Shown piece after piece: positions 20,412-30,904 of a stretch of 54,850 bases of DNA. Each line of letters opens with the position of its first letter. The first letter of the stretch is position 1. The notes under the pieces are model-generated. The model did not search any database. It worked only from the letters and a program-made list of their open reading frames with translations, and had not been told where the DNA came from. A program made the position numbers and the translations under genes. This DNA comes from Chitinophaga pinensis (GTDB lineage: Bacteria; Bacteroidota; Bacteroidia; Chitinophagales; Chitinophagaceae): NCBI GenBank assembly GCA_943331145.2, contig CALQKL020000001.1, forward strand, positions 1 through 54,850, in the 5' to 3' direction.

Positions 20412-21743
20412 ATGAAAAAAAAATATTTTTTAATTGTATTGTTTTTAGTTGGAATGGCATCTTGTGTCATTGCCCAAATTGAAACAAACACAGATGGTTT
20501 ACTTAATAATCCAATCATTAAAACAGGACATTTGGGGATAAGTATTTACGAACCTGCAACTGAAAAATACTGGTATAATTATAACGCTGAAAAGTTATTT
20601 ATCCCAGCTAGCAATACAAAGTTGTTCACTTTGTATGTAGGTATGAAATTTCTTGGCGAGCAATTAACGGGTATTTTTTACAATGATACTCGAGATACAT
20701 TTTTTGTTTTGCCGTCAGGGGATCCTACATTTTTACATGAAGATTTTTCGAATCAACCAGTATTTGAATTGCTAAAAAAAACGAAAAAGCAAATAGTCAT
20801 TATCAATCAAGATCAACCAATACATCCTTATGGAAAAGGTTGGACATGGGACGATCAATCTGAAGCATATGCGGCTCAACGTAATACTTTTCCGATTTAT
20901 GGAAATTTACTTCAATTAAAATGGATAAAAAAGAATAAAATTCAGCAAGATTCTTTTGCTTATGATTTAAACTTATTGAATGGAGACATTACAGATTTTG
21001 AATTTTTAAAGAAAACCAATACAGAAAGTGTAGATAATGTGATTATTAAAATTCCCGGAAAAAATAAATTTGAAGTATCCTTAAATGGAATGTCAAATCA
21101 ATTAATACAAGAAGTACCATTTGAAACCAACGGCATCGAAACGGCTACTCATTTATTACAACAGAAATTGGGGAAGTCGTTAATTTTAAAATCAGTTAAA
21201 ATAAAAAAAGAAGCATTCAAATCGCTTTATTCACAAAAAACAGATACGTTTTTTAAAATTATGATGCATAGAAGTGACAATTTCTATGCAGAGCAAACGC
21301 TTTTAATGGCGAGCGAGAAGTATATTGGTTTAATGTCGGAAACCGACATAATTGATACTTTATTAAAATCAACTTTAAAAGATATTCCTCAACAACCTCG
21401 ATGGGTTGATGGCAGTGGTTTAAGTAGATATAATTTGTTTTCACCGCAAGATTTTATTTACATACTCAATAAACTTCAAAAAGATTATGGGTATGAAAAA
21501 TTGGAATATATATTACCAACTGGCGGAAAGGGGACCTTGGCTAATTACTATAAATCAGATAGCGGTTTCATTTTTGCAAAAACAGGATCAATGAGCAATA
21601 ATATTACATTATGCGGAATAATAAAAACCCGTAAAAACAAAACGTTGCTATTTTCAATAATGTTAAATAATTATATAGGTTCGGGTAAATTGGTCAGAAA
21701 ACAATTTGAAAATTATTTGCATGAGATAATTCAACAGAACTAG
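20412..21743 (+). CDS. dacB: D-Ala-D-Ala carboxypeptidase/endopeptidase (PBP4, S13)
   Basis: SxxK (ASNTK), SDN, DGSGLSR, AKTG. Confidence 0.9.
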   Translation: MKKKYFLIVLFLVGMASCVIAQIETNTDGLLNNPIIKTGHLGISIYEPATEKYWYNYNAEKLFIPASNTKLFTLYVGMKFLGEQLTGIFYNDTRDTFFVLPSGDPTFLHEDFSNQPVFELLKKTKKQIVIINQDQPIHPYGKGWTWDDQSEAYAAQRNTFPIYGNLLQLKWIKKNKIQQDSFAYDLNLLNGDITDFEFLKKTNTESVDNVIIKIPGKNKFEVSLNGMSNQLIQEVPFETNGIETATHLLQQKLGKSLILKSVKIKKEAFKSLYSQKTDTFFKIMMHRSDNFYAEQTLLMASEKYIGLMSETDIIDTLLKSTLKDIPQQPRWVDGSGLSRYNLFSPQDFIYILNKLQKDYGYEKLEYILPTGGKGTLANYYKSDSGFIFAKTGSMSNNITLCGIIKTRKNKTLLFSIMLNNYIGSGKLVRKQFENYLHEIIQQN

Positions 21744-21843
21744 TAAATAAATAGTTTTTTAGAATTAAAACTTTATGATGATTTTTTTGTTTTATAAATC
21801 AATGTTTAATTGATTATTTTTATGGTTAAGTAAATAAAATGAG

Positions 21844-23772
21844 ATGGAAATATTGCCTGGAAACTTATTGAAAATGATTGACAATCCTGCTGATCTTAAA
21901 AAGCTAAGCAAGGATCAAATGCAAACGGTTGCCAATGAATTAAGGCAATACATCGTAGATGTTGTTAGTGTTTATGGCGGGCATTTTGGAGCAAGCTTAG
22001 GTGTTGTTGAATTGTCTGTTGCATTACATTACGTATTTAATACACCTTATGATCAATTGGTTTGGGATGTTGGGCATCAAGCGTATGGGCATAAAATACT
22101 TACTGGACGAAGAGATAATTTTCCAAGTAATAGAAAATACAACGGGTTAAGTGGCTTTCCAAAAAGAACTGAAAGCGAATATGATACTTTCGGTGTTGGG
22201 CATTCCTCTACATCTATTTCCGCTGCTTTAGGCATGGCGATGGCTTCTCATTATAAAGGCGAAAAAAATAAACAACATATAGCGGTAATTGGTGATGGTG
22301 CTTTAACGGCCGGACTTGCTTTTGAAGCGATGAATCATGCCGGAATTGAAAAAAGTAATGTATTGATTATCTTGAATGATAATAATATGAGCATCGACCC
22401 CAATGTGGGTGCATTAAAAGAATATCTAACCGATATCACTACATCACATACGTACAATGAACTACGTGATAACGTTTGGAAGGCATTGGGTAAGCTGCCC
22501 ATTGGGAAAAATTACAGCAGAGAAATGGCCAGTAAAGTGGAAGCTAGTTTAAAAGGCTTAGTGAGCAAAAGCAGTAATTTATTTGAAGCATTACAACTTA
22601 GGTATTTTGGTCCTATTGATGGGCATAACGTAACAAAACTAATTGATACACTAAACGACCTAAAAGATATTCCTGGGCCTAAGATTTTACACATAAAAAC
22701 GGTAAAAGGAAAAGGGTATGCATTAGCAGAAAAAGATCAAACCAAATGGCATGCACCGGGATTGTTTGACAAGGTAACTGGTGAAATATTAAAGAAAACA
22801 TTTGATGCGCCACAACCTCCAAAATATCAAGATGTATTTGGGCATACGATTATAGAATTGGCAGAAAAGAACCCTAAAATAATGGGCGTTACTCCAGCTA
22901 TGCCTAGTGGTTGTTCGTTAAAATTCATGATGGATAAAATGCCAGATCGTGCATTTGATGTTGGGATTTGCGAACAACATGCCGTAACGCTAAGTGCAGG
23001 CATGGCTACTCAGGGTTTGAAGGTGTTTTGTAATATTTATTCTTCTTTCATGCAACGTGCATATGATATGGTGATACACGATGTTGCCATTCAAAAATTA
23101 CCGGTAATATTTTGTTTGGATAGAGCTGGCTTGGTTGGTGAAGATGGTCCAACACATCATGGTTGCTATGATATTGCTTTCATGCGTTGCATCCCTAATA
23201 TTGTTGTAAGTGCGCCAATGAATGAATCTGAACTCAGGGATTTGATGTACACCGCTCAATTGGAAACCAACCAACTTCCAATTGTAATTCGTTATCCAAG
23301 AGGAGAGGGCGTTTTGGTGGATTGGAAAACACCAATGAAAGAGATACAAATTGGGAAAGGAAGAAAATTAAAAGACGGGGATGATATTGCAATTCTAACT
23401 TTTGGTCACCCTGGAAATTTTGCGGCATCTGCCATTCGTGACGTAAAATCTGAAGGTTTAAATCCAGCACATTATGATATGCGTTTTGCAAAGCCAATTG
23501 ATGAGGAAATGCTTCATGAAGTATTTTCTAAATTCAAAAAAATAATTACTGTGGAAGATGGAACAGTAGTAGGAGGGTTTGGGTCTGCAGTATTAGAGTT
23601 TATGAATAGTTTTGGCTATAAGGCAGATGTAAAAATCATGGGCATTCCAGATCGTTTGGTAGAACATGGAACACCTAAACAATTGTATGATGAAATTGGA
23701 TTAGATGCAAATGGAATAGCAACAGAAATAAGGAAAATGGCATTTGTAGAAAAACATGTTCCGATAGCTTAG
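21844..23772 (+). CDS. dxs: 1-deoxy-D-xylulose-5-phosphate synthase
   Basis: GHFGASLG, DVGHQAY, GDGALT, DRAGLVGEDG, IRYPRG. Confidence 0.98.
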   Translation: MEILPGNLLKMIDNPADLKKLSKDQMQTVANELRQYIVDVVSVYGGHFGASLGVVELSVALHYVFNTPYDQLVWDVGHQAYGHKILTGRRDNFPSNRKYNGLSGFPKRTESEYDTFGVGHSSTSISAALGMAMASHYKGEKNKQHIAVIGDGALTAGLAFEAMNHAGIEKSNVLIILNDNNMSIDPNVGALKEYLTDITTSHTYNELRDNVWKALGKLPIGKNYSREMASKVEASLKGLVSKSSNLFEALQLRYFGPIDGHNVTKLIDTLNDLKDIPGPKILHIKTVKGKGYALAEKDQTKWHAPGLFDKVTGEILKKTFDAPQPPKYQDVFGHTIIELAEKNPKIMGVTPAMPSGCSLKFMMDKMPDRAFDVGICEQHAVTLSAGMATQGLKVFCNIYSSFMQRAYDMVIHDVAIQKLPVIFCLDRAGLVGEDGPTHHGCYDIAFMRCIPNIVVSAPMNESELRDLMYTAQLETNQLPIVIRYPRGEGVLVDWKTPMKEIQIGKGRKLKDGDDIAILTFGHPGNFAASAIRDVKSEGLNPAHYDMRFAKPIDEEMLHEVFSKFKKIITVEDGTVVGGFGSAVLEFMNSFGYKADVKIMGIPDRLVEHGTPKQLYDEIGLDANGIATEIRKMAFVEKHVPIA

Positions 23773-23793
23773 TTGGAATGAAACGTTCTTTAA

Positions 23794-24336
23794 TTATTTT
23801 TTTTCAAGAATAGCTTTCATGTTTTGTAAACCTGATTCAAAATCTTTTCCAATTAGTTTTTCCATATTGAAAACGAGCTTCATGATATTCATTGGGTAAG
23901 GATATGAACCACTAAATCCCCAAGTGACTTTTGTATTTGTGGCATCCATAGTTGTGATAGAAATCTGTGTGTTATTTTCTGATTTGAATGGTTTTTCGAA
24001 ATTCAATTTTGTTTCAATGCACTCTCCTTCAATAATTTTTGTAATGGTTTGAGATCCAGTACCCACATTTTTAACATCACTTTCCCATGCCGAAACAAAT
24101 CCAATCGTTCCATCAACTCCCGTAAAACTGGTTTTACAATTTGGATCCATTTTACCCCATACGCTGTACTCATTTTGATTTTTAAGATGTTTGATATAAT
24201 TAAATACACTGTCTTTTGGACACTGAATAACGATTGACCGCTCAAGCTTATAATGCTTTGGAATAAACAATGCTACTACTAGTATGATTGCAATTAGAAT
24301 AATAAAAAAAATCAAAATGATTTTAATGATTTTCAT
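23794..24336 (-). CDS. SRPBCC/polyketide cyclase family membrane-anchored protein
   Basis: N-terminal TM; ERSIVI, W..MDP, GKDFESGLQNMK. Confidence 0.85.
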   Translation of the reverse strand: MKIIKIILIFFIILIAIILVVALFIPKHYKLERSIVIQCPKDSVFNYIKHLKNQNEYSVWGKMDPNCKTSFTGVDGTIGFVSAWESDVKNVGTGSQTITKIIEGECIETKLNFEKPFKSENNTQISITTMDATNTKVTWGFSGSYPYPMNIMKLVFNMEKLIGKDFESGLQNMKAILEKK

Positions 24337-24352
24337 GAGTGAAAGGTTTAAT

Positions 24353-24468
24353 TAAAAAGTAAAAATTAAAAAGTAAAAATTAAAAAGTCAAAGAGCGTGT
24401 CCGCTGCTGCATGTAATAATGGCTTATCCTCGTATTTTAAATTTTGAATTTTTACTTTTGAATTTAAA
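24353..24468. repeat. Inverted heptamer-array element
   Basis: TAAAAAG/TAAAAAT x5 (24353-24387), ~46-bp GC-richer core, complementary (A/C)TTTT(G/T)A-type units at 24434-24468. Confidence 0.85.
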
Positions 24469-24470
24469 TT

Positions 24471-24806
24471 TTAGTACAGCAAATGTTTTTTTGAACTGTT
24501 TTTCCAAGCTGCTTGGCTTTCATAGTCTACAAAGTATATTTTTAAATCGGCTTGGCTTTGGTACTTTACGAAATAGATTTTTTTATTAGCTTGGCTTTCA
24601 TAATCTACGAAAAACCATTTCCCTTCATTCTTATCTGCTTGGCTTGAGTATTTAACTTTATAAACGAGCAAGTCGGCTTGGCTTTCGTAATCAACCACAA
24701 AAACTTTTACATCAGCCTGACTTTCGTAATCAACGGAATATAATTTTTGTGTTTTTCCAAAAGAAAAAATCAATAAAGCGATGGAAGTTAATACGATTTG
24801 TTTCAT
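24471..24806 (-). CDS. Secreted short-repeat protein (DUF6150-like)
   Basis: Signal peptide then six ~13-aa repeats V(D/K)Y(E/S/Q)SQA. Confidence 0.8.
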   Translation of the reverse strand: MKQIVLTSIALLIFSFGKTQKLYSVDYESQADVKVFVVDYESQADLLVYKVKYSSQADKNEGKWFFVDYESQANKKIYFVKYQSQADLKIYFVDYESQAAWKNSSKKHLLY

Positions 24807-24915
24807 GTCTTAATTATTTATGTTTAATAAAATGGTTTTTGGAATCTATTTCATGATTTAATTCAAAGTTGAACCAATAAGTTTTTGTAAATATAGTAAT
24901 CTAATTGTTTTGTAT

Positions 24916-24950
24916 AAAAAAAGCCACCGGATTTGACTCCGATGGCTTTT
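24916..24950 (-). terminator. Intrinsic terminator of nrdJ
   Basis: GCCATCGGA-GTCAAA-TCCGGTGGC-TTTTTTT on the - strand. Confidence 0.85.
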
Positions 24951-24980
24951 GTGTTTAAGCAATTATTAAAAACACTATTT

Positions 24981-27900
24981 TTAGCTGCAACCTAAACTAT
25001 TACCGCAGTTCAAACACTTATAACAAGTGCCACTTCTTACGGTGATATGTCCGCAAGTGTTACATGCTGGAGCATCTCCTTGCATTGATTTATTTGCTGC
25101 ACTAACCGCATCCATAGACGTTGCGCCTTTCGTTGGGGCTACATAAGGCTTCATAGAGTCAGAGTTTCCTAAAACACGAACCTCGCTTAATTCTGGAGCA
25201 CGCTCTCCAATGGTTGGTGTTGTTTCATCCCATGATTCATTGCCTAAGTTTCCAACTTCTGGTTTATCCAATACATGAACCAAATCAGTTCTGCCTAAAT
25301 ATTCATAAGCAAGAGAACGGAACATGAAGTCAATAATTGAGGTAGTTGTTTTAATATTTGGATGCTCAACCATTCCTGCTGGTTCAAATCTTGTAAATAC
25401 AAATTTCTCAACATACTCTTCTAATGGAACACCATATTGTAATCCGATTGAAATAGCAATTGCAAAGCAGTTCAACATGCTACGCATAGTTGCTCCTTCT
25501 TTTGCCATATCTATGAAGATTTCTCCTAATGTACCATCATTGTATTCTCCAGTTCTTAAGAATAAAGCTTGGCCATTAATTTTTGCTTTTTGTGTAAACC
25601 CTCTACGTTTTGCAGGTAATGCTCTACGTTCTACGATCATTGCCAATTGACGTTTCAAAGAAGTATCAGCACTGCTTTGAACACGCTTATTCATCTCTTC
25701 CAATAATTCGTCTATGGTTAATTTACCCATATCAAATATTGAACTTTCTGCTGTTGCTTCTTCGCTTTCGTCTGATGATTTTTTCTTTTTATCAGATTTG
25801 TTGCTTAATGGTTGGCTCAATTTAGAACCATCACGATAAAGTGCACATGCTTTCAAACCTAGCTCCCAACTCAAGCGATAAGAGTCTGCAATTTCTTCTA
25901 CAGTAGCTTCATTTGGAAGGTTGATTGTTTTGCTAATGGCACCACTTAAGAAAGGTTGTGCAGCTGACATCATACGAATGTGACCATGTGCATGAATATA
26001 GCGTTGTCCGGTATTTCCGCATTTATTTGCGCAATCAAATACGGGCAAATGTTCTTCTTTTAAATGCGGAGCACCTTCAACAGTCATTGTTCCACATACA
26101 TAAATGTTTGCAGCATCAATTTCTTCATCACTAAAGCCTAAAGCTTCTAATAAACTCCATTCGAAATCATTGTATTGAGCTGGTGTAAAGCCAAGTCTTT
26201 GCAAGCAATCTTCGCCTAAAGTATATACATTAAATACAAAACCAATTTCAAATGCGCTGCCCATTGCTGCGTTTAATCTATCAATTTCTGCAGGCTGGAA
26301 TCCTTTGCTAGCAAGTGTTTCATTGTTGATGAAAGGAGCTCCTTTTAAAGTTGCATGCCCTTTTGCAAAGTTTACAATCTCTTCTATTTGTGTTTCTGTA
26401 TACTTTAAATTACGTAAAGCTTGTGGCACGCTTTGATTGATAATTTTAAAATAACCACCACCGCTTAATTTTTTGAATTTAACCAATGCGAAATCTGGTT
26501 CAACACCTGTAGTATCGCAATCCATTACCAAACCAATTGTACCAGTAGGTGCAATTACAGTTGTTTGCGCATTTCTGTAACCATATTTTTCACCCATTTG
26601 TACTGCATCATCCCATGCTTTGGTTGCAGCTTTTAATAAATAATCTGGGCAATATTTAGCGTTAATACCATTTGGTTTGATTTCCAATCCTTCGTATGCA
26701 TCAGTAGCATCGTAAGCCGCTGCACGATGGTTATGCATTACTTTCAACATGTGCTTTTTATTTTCTGGATACTTGCTAAAAGTACCTAAGAAAGACGCCA
26801 TTTCTGCTGAAGTTTTATATGCAATACCTGTCATGATTGCGGTGATCGCTCCTGCAATTCCTCTTGCTTGTTCGCTGTCGTAAGGAATGCCACTTACCAT
26901 TAACATACTACCCAAATTAGCATAACCCAATCCTAATGTTCTATAGTCGTAACTCAATTGAGCTACTTCTTTTGAAGGGAATTGAGCCATCAAAACTGAA
27001 ATTTCTAAAACAACTGTCCATAAACGACAAGTATGTTCGAAACCAGCAACATCAAAAGTATTATTGTCTTCATCAAAGAAACGACGAAGGTTAACACTAG
27101 CTAAATTACAAGCTGTGTTGTCTAAGAACATATATTCGCTACATGGGTTTGAAGCTCTGATTGGACCACCTTCTGGGCAAGTATGCCATTCGTTGATGGT
27201 TGTATCATATTGAGTTCCAGGATCAGCACATCTCCAAGCAGCATAATTGATTTGATCCCAAAGCTCAGTTGCTTTAACTGTTTTCATCGTGCTACCATCA
27301 CTTCTAGCTTTAAGTTCCCAGTCGCCATTAGCATCTAAAACTTTAAAGAAAGTATTTGGTATACGAACAGAGTTGTTGCTATTTTGACCACTTACTGTTT
27401 TGTATGCTTCGCCTTCATAATCGCTTGAGTAACCTGCCGCAATTAGAGCTGCAACTTTATCTTCTTCTTTTAATTTCCAGGTTACAAATTCCATGATTTC
27501 TGGATGATCTAGATCCAAGCATACCATTTTCGCAGCACGTCTTGTCGTTCCACCGCTTTTGATTGCACCTGCAGCACGATCGCCGATTCTTAAAAAGCTC
27601 ATCAAGCCACTTGAAGTTCCACCACCACTTAATTTTTCATTCTCGCCTCTGATGCTGCTATAGTTTGTGCCAACACCACTACCATATTTAAAAATACGCG
27701 CTTCTCTTACCCACAAATCCATGATGCCTCCTTCGTTTACTAAATCATCATCAACACTCAATATAAAACATGCGTGAGGTTGTGGACGTTCGTAAGCAGA
27801 AGTGGATTTTTTTAATTCACCATCTTTTGCATCTACATAATAATGGCCTTGAGGTTTACCAGAAATACCGTATACTTCATGCAAACCGGTATTAAACCAT

Positions 27901-28310
27901 TGTGGACTATTTGGAACGCAAGCTTGGTTTAAGATACTATACACCAATTCATCATAAAAAATTTGTGCATCTTTTTTAGAAGCAAAATAATCATTACGCT
28001 CTCCCCACACACGCCAGCAATGCGCCATACGATGAGCAACTTGTTTCGAAGTGGTTTCTCTGCCTTTACTACCGTCTGGTTGAGGAACACCCGCTTTTCT
28101 AAAATATTTTTGTGCCAAGATATCCGTAGCAATTTGGCTCCATTGTTTTGGAACTTCTACGTTGTCCATTTGGAAGACAACTTCGCCGCTTGGGTTTTTA
28201 ATAACTGATGTACGATAGTCGTATTCAAACATATCGTATGGACTAACTCCTTCTTTGGTGAATTGACGCTGGAAACTGAGCGCTTTTGATGTTTCTTTTT
28301 TTGCTGGCAT
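24981..28310 (-). CDS. nrdJ: Vitamin B12-dependent (class II) ribonucleotide reductase
   Basis: PNSPQWFN, QPHACFI, SNPCSEY, APTGT, GAISKT, C-terminal CxxC...CxxC. Confidence 0.97.
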   Translation of the reverse strand: MPAKKETSKALSFQRQFTKEGVSPYDMFEYDYRTSVIKNPSGEVVFQMDNVEVPKQWSQIATDILAQKYFRKAGVPQPDGSKGRETTSKQVAHRMAHCWRVWGERNDYFASKKDAQIFYDELVYSILNQACVPNSPQWFNTGLHEVYGISGKPQGHYYVDAKDGELKKSTSAYERPQPHACFILSVDDDLVNEGGIMDLWVREARIFKYGSGVGTNYSSIRGENEKLSGGGTSSGLMSFLRIGDRAAGAIKSGGTTRRAAKMVCLDLDHPEIMEFVTWKLKEEDKVAALIAAGYSSDYEGEAYKTVSGQNSNNSVRIPNTFFKVLDANGDWELKARSDGSTMKTVKATELWDQINYAAWRCADPGTQYDTTINEWHTCPEGGPIRASNPCSEYMFLDNTACNLASVNLRRFFDEDNNTFDVAGFEHTCRLWTVVLEISVLMAQFPSKEVAQLSYDYRTLGLGYANLGSMLMVSGIPYDSEQARGIAGAITAIMTGIAYKTSAEMASFLGTFSKYPENKKHMLKVMHNHRAAAYDATDAYEGLEIKPNGINAKYCPDYLLKAATKAWDDAVQMGEKYGYRNAQTTVIAPTGTIGLVMDCDTTGVEPDFALVKFKKLSGGGYFKIINQSVPQALRNLKYTETQIEEIVNFAKGHATLKGAPFINNETLASKGFQPAEIDRLNAAMGSAFEIGFVFNVYTLGEDCLQRLGFTPAQYNDFEWSLLEALGFSDEEIDAANIYVCGTMTVEGAPHLKEEHLPVFDCANKCGNTGQRYIHAHGHIRMMSAAQPFLSGAISKTINLPNEATVEEIADSYRLSWELGLKACALYRDGSKLSQPLSNKSDKKKKSSDESEEATAESSIFDMGKLTIDELLEEMNKRVQSSADTSLKRQLAMIVERRALPAKRRGFTQKAKINGQALFLRTGEYNDGTLGEIFIDMAKEGATMRSMLNCFAIAISIGLQYGVPLEEYVEKFVFTRFEPAGMVEHPNIKTTTSIIDFMFRSLAYEYLGRTDLVHVLDKPEVGNLGNESWDETTPTIGERAPELSEVRVLGNSDSMKPYVAPTKGATSMDAVSAANKSMQGDAPACNTCGHITVRSGTCYKCLNCGNSLGCS

Positions 28311-28354
28311 TTTTAATTATTGTTAATTGTAAGTTATAAAAAATTATTTCCCTT

Positions 28355-28490
28355 TGTGGCAAACGAAAATATCTTTTGTATGTCATCTTTTAGCACCTTA
28401 AATATCAACATGGTGTGGACAAAATATGTGAATAATTCAGCACGTCTTATCCTTATTGATTTTCATGAGTTTTGCACGTTTTGTGGAAAG
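28355..28490 (-). promoter_or_regulatory. DnaA-box-like cluster upstream of nrdJ
   Basis: TGTGAATAA at 28427-28435 (consensus); near-matches at 28355, 28414 and 28482, all in one orientation. Confidence 0.5.
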
Positions 28491-28595
28491 ATATTTTTTT
28501 TTATTTTTTGAAATGTCATTAAATAATTTATGATTGTTGTTATTCGTTTAATCATGTTTAATTTAGCTTAAAGTTTTAAACAATTTTCTAAAACA

Positions 28596-29048
28596 ATGAG
28601 ATGCATAATTCAGCGAGTAGCTTGGGCTAAAGTTAGTATAGACGATACAGTAAAATCGGCCATTTCATCAGGATTGTTAGTGCTTGTTGGCATTGAAGAT
28701 GTTGATACGATGGATGATGCAATTTGGTTAAGCAACAAAATTGTAAACCTGCGCATTTTCGATGATGAAAATCATGTTCCCAATTTGAGTGTAAAAGATA
28801 TTTCAGGAGAGATTATTTTGGTTAGTCAGTTTACATTGCATGCGCTTACAAAAAAAGGCAATCGCCCCAGTTATATCAAAGCGAGCAAGCCAGAATATGC
28901 AATACCATTGTACCAGAAATTGATTGAGTGCTTGGAAATGGATCTTGAACGGAAAATCCAAACTGGTGTTTTTGGAGCAGACATGAAGGTGGAATTATTA
29001 AATGATGGTCCAGTTACGATATGGATAGACACACAAATGAAAGCATAA
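28596..29048 (+). CDS. dtd: D-aminoacyl-tRNA deacylase
   Basis: QRV, LRIF, SQFTL, GNRPS, NDGPVT. Confidence 0.97.
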   Translation: MRCIIQRVAWAKVSIDDTVKSAISSGLLVLVGIEDVDTMDDAIWLSNKIVNLRIFDDENHVPNLSVKDISGEIILVSQFTLHALTKKGNRPSYIKASKPEYAIPLYQKLIECLEMDLERKIQTGVFGADMKVELLNDGPVTIWIDTQMKA

Positions 29049-29068
29049 TAAGTATAAAAAATATACAA

Positions 29069-29422
29069 ATGAAAAATCAAAATACAATGAAGCAACTGAC
29101 CATTGAAAACGCTCAAAAGGAAATAGATATTTGGATAAAATCGATTGGGGTAAGATATTTTAATGAGCTTACAAATCTTGGTATTTTAATGGAAGAAGTA
29201 GGCGAACTGAGTAGATTGATGGTTCGGAAATATGGCGAACAATCTTTTAAACAATCAGACCAAGGTAAAGAGATTGAAGATGAGTTGGCTGATGTGTTAT
29301 GGGTGCTAATCTGTATTGCTAATCAAACTGGAGTAAATTTAAATGAAGCGCTACAAAACAACATGGAGAAAAAAACAAACAGAGATTCGAATCGACATGT
29401 TGAGAATGAAAAATTAAAATAA
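29069..29422 (+). CDS. MazG-like nucleotide pyrophosphohydrolase
   Basis: LMEEVGEL, DELADVL; start at 29069 or 29087 preferred over 29021, which overlaps dtd. Confidence 0.9.
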   Translation: MKNQNTMKQLTIENAQKEIDIWIKSIGVRYFNELTNLGILMEEVGELSRLMVRKYGEQSFKQSDQGKEIEDELADVLWVLICIANQTGVNLNEALQNNMEKKTNRDSNRHVENEKLK

Positions 29423-29506
29423 AAAAACTAGGATTTTCAATAACCATTCAAACGCATTCCTTTTTAACTTATACAAAATAGAAATACCTTGTAAAAAAAT
29501 TCGATT

Positions 29507-30871
29507 ATGAAAAAGCTATTTTTTTATTTTCCGCTGATTTTAATTTGTTTGCCATCATTTATTCATGCACAAAAAATCAAACTTGTTAGTGGCCCTTGGG
29601 CAGGTAATGTTGAATTGAGAACGGCAATGATTTGGCTAGAAGTTTCTATTGATGTGAAAAAAGTGGCTGTTGAATATTGCCCCACCACAAGTTTAAGTTC
29701 AAAAAAAATTGTTACTTATAAAGGAGAATTGGGGAAATCTTTCAACCCCATAAAATTGGAATTAAATGGCCTTGAATTTGGAACAAATTATCAATATGTG
29801 GTTTTGCTTGATGGTAAGAAAATTGATTTACCATTTGAAACCCGTTTCACCACAAAAGACCTTTGGCAATATCGTAAACCAGCGCCGGATTTTAGTTTCA
29901 TAACGGGAAGCTGTGCATATTTTAATGAAGCAAAGTTTGATCGTCCTGGCAAACCTTATGGTGGCGATTCTTCTATATTTGAAACAATGGCAAAAACGCC
30001 AGCTGATTTCAATTTATGGTTGGGCGACAATTGGTATTACAGAGAGGTTGATTACTCATCGACTTGGGGTTTGAAATATCGTGCTTCTCATGATAGAGGA
30101 ATGCCTATTTTACAAAAATTAATGGCGAGTATGCCACAATATGCCATTTGGGATGATCATGATTTTGGACCAAATGATGCAGGGGAAAATTATATTTTCA
30201 AAAACGAGAGTCGAAATATTTTTAATGATTATTGGCTTAATCCAACTAGTGGCGAAAATAACAAAGGTATTTATACAATGATAAATTATGGAGATGTAGA
30301 TTTTTTCTTGTTGGATAATCGTTTTTTTAGATCAGACATAAATTTGGCAGACACCATAAACAACATCGTAAACGAGGATAAGTCCTATTTTGGAAAATCA
30401 CAATTGGACTGGCTGAAAAACAGTTTATTATTTAGTAAGGCAACGTTTAAAATCATCGTTACTGGAAATCAAGTTTTAAATCCAATTAATAACTATGAAT
30501 GCTTAACGCATTATCCAACTGAGTATAAAACATTGATTGATTTTTTATCAAACCAAAAAATAAGTGGAGTCGTTTTTTTAACAGGCGACAGGCATCATAG
30601 TGAAGTAATAGAAATGCAAAGGCCGAATGATTATCCGTTGTATGACATTACTATTTCACCATTAACATCAGGCGTTGGAAAGGTATCTGGAAAGGAATTG
30701 GATAATTCATTTCGTGTAGCAAATACATTAATAGAAGCACAAAATTTTGGAAAAATCTCTTTCTTTGGAAGCAAAGGAAACCGCACTATGAAAGTTGATT
30801 TTATTGGAAAAAATGGAGAGCAATTGGGGAATTGGTTTGTAGAAGAAAATAAATTAAAAAAACGAAATTAA
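29507..30871 (+). CDS. PhoD-like alkaline phosphatase
   Basis: GSC, LGDNWY, WDDHD, LDNR, TGDRH; signal peptide. Confidence 0.9.
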   Translation: MKKLFFYFPLILICLPSFIHAQKIKLVSGPWAGNVELRTAMIWLEVSIDVKKVAVEYCPTTSLSSKKIVTYKGELGKSFNPIKLELNGLEFGTNYQYVVLLDGKKIDLPFETRFTTKDLWQYRKPAPDFSFITGSCAYFNEAKFDRPGKPYGGDSSIFETMAKTPADFNLWLGDNWYYREVDYSSTWGLKYRASHDRGMPILQKLMASMPQYAIWDDHDFGPNDAGENYIFKNESRNIFNDYWLNPTSGENNKGIYTMINYGDVDFFLLDNRFFRSDINLADTINNIVNEDKSYFGKSQLDWLKNSLLFSKATFKIIVTGNQVLNPINNYECLTHYPTEYKTLIDFLSNQKISGVVFLTGDRHHSEVIEMQRPNDYPLYDITISPLTSGVGKVSGKELDNSFRVANTLIEAQNFGKISFFGSKGNRTMKVDFIGKNGEQLGNWFVEENKLKKRN

Positions 30872-30904
30872 AGTCAAGAACAATTAAATTATTAAGCATT
30901 TTTT

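Noticed and set aside
24981-28310. Intein or intron in nrdJ
   Set aside because: Continuous ORF with no intein splice motifs or homing endonuclease signature; the length fits large class II RNRs.
28311-28595. Cobalamin riboswitch or NrdR box upstream of nrdJ; 63-aa ORF at 28320-28511
   Set aside because: No B12-box core or convincing NrdR palindrome is visible, and the ORF has no coding features.
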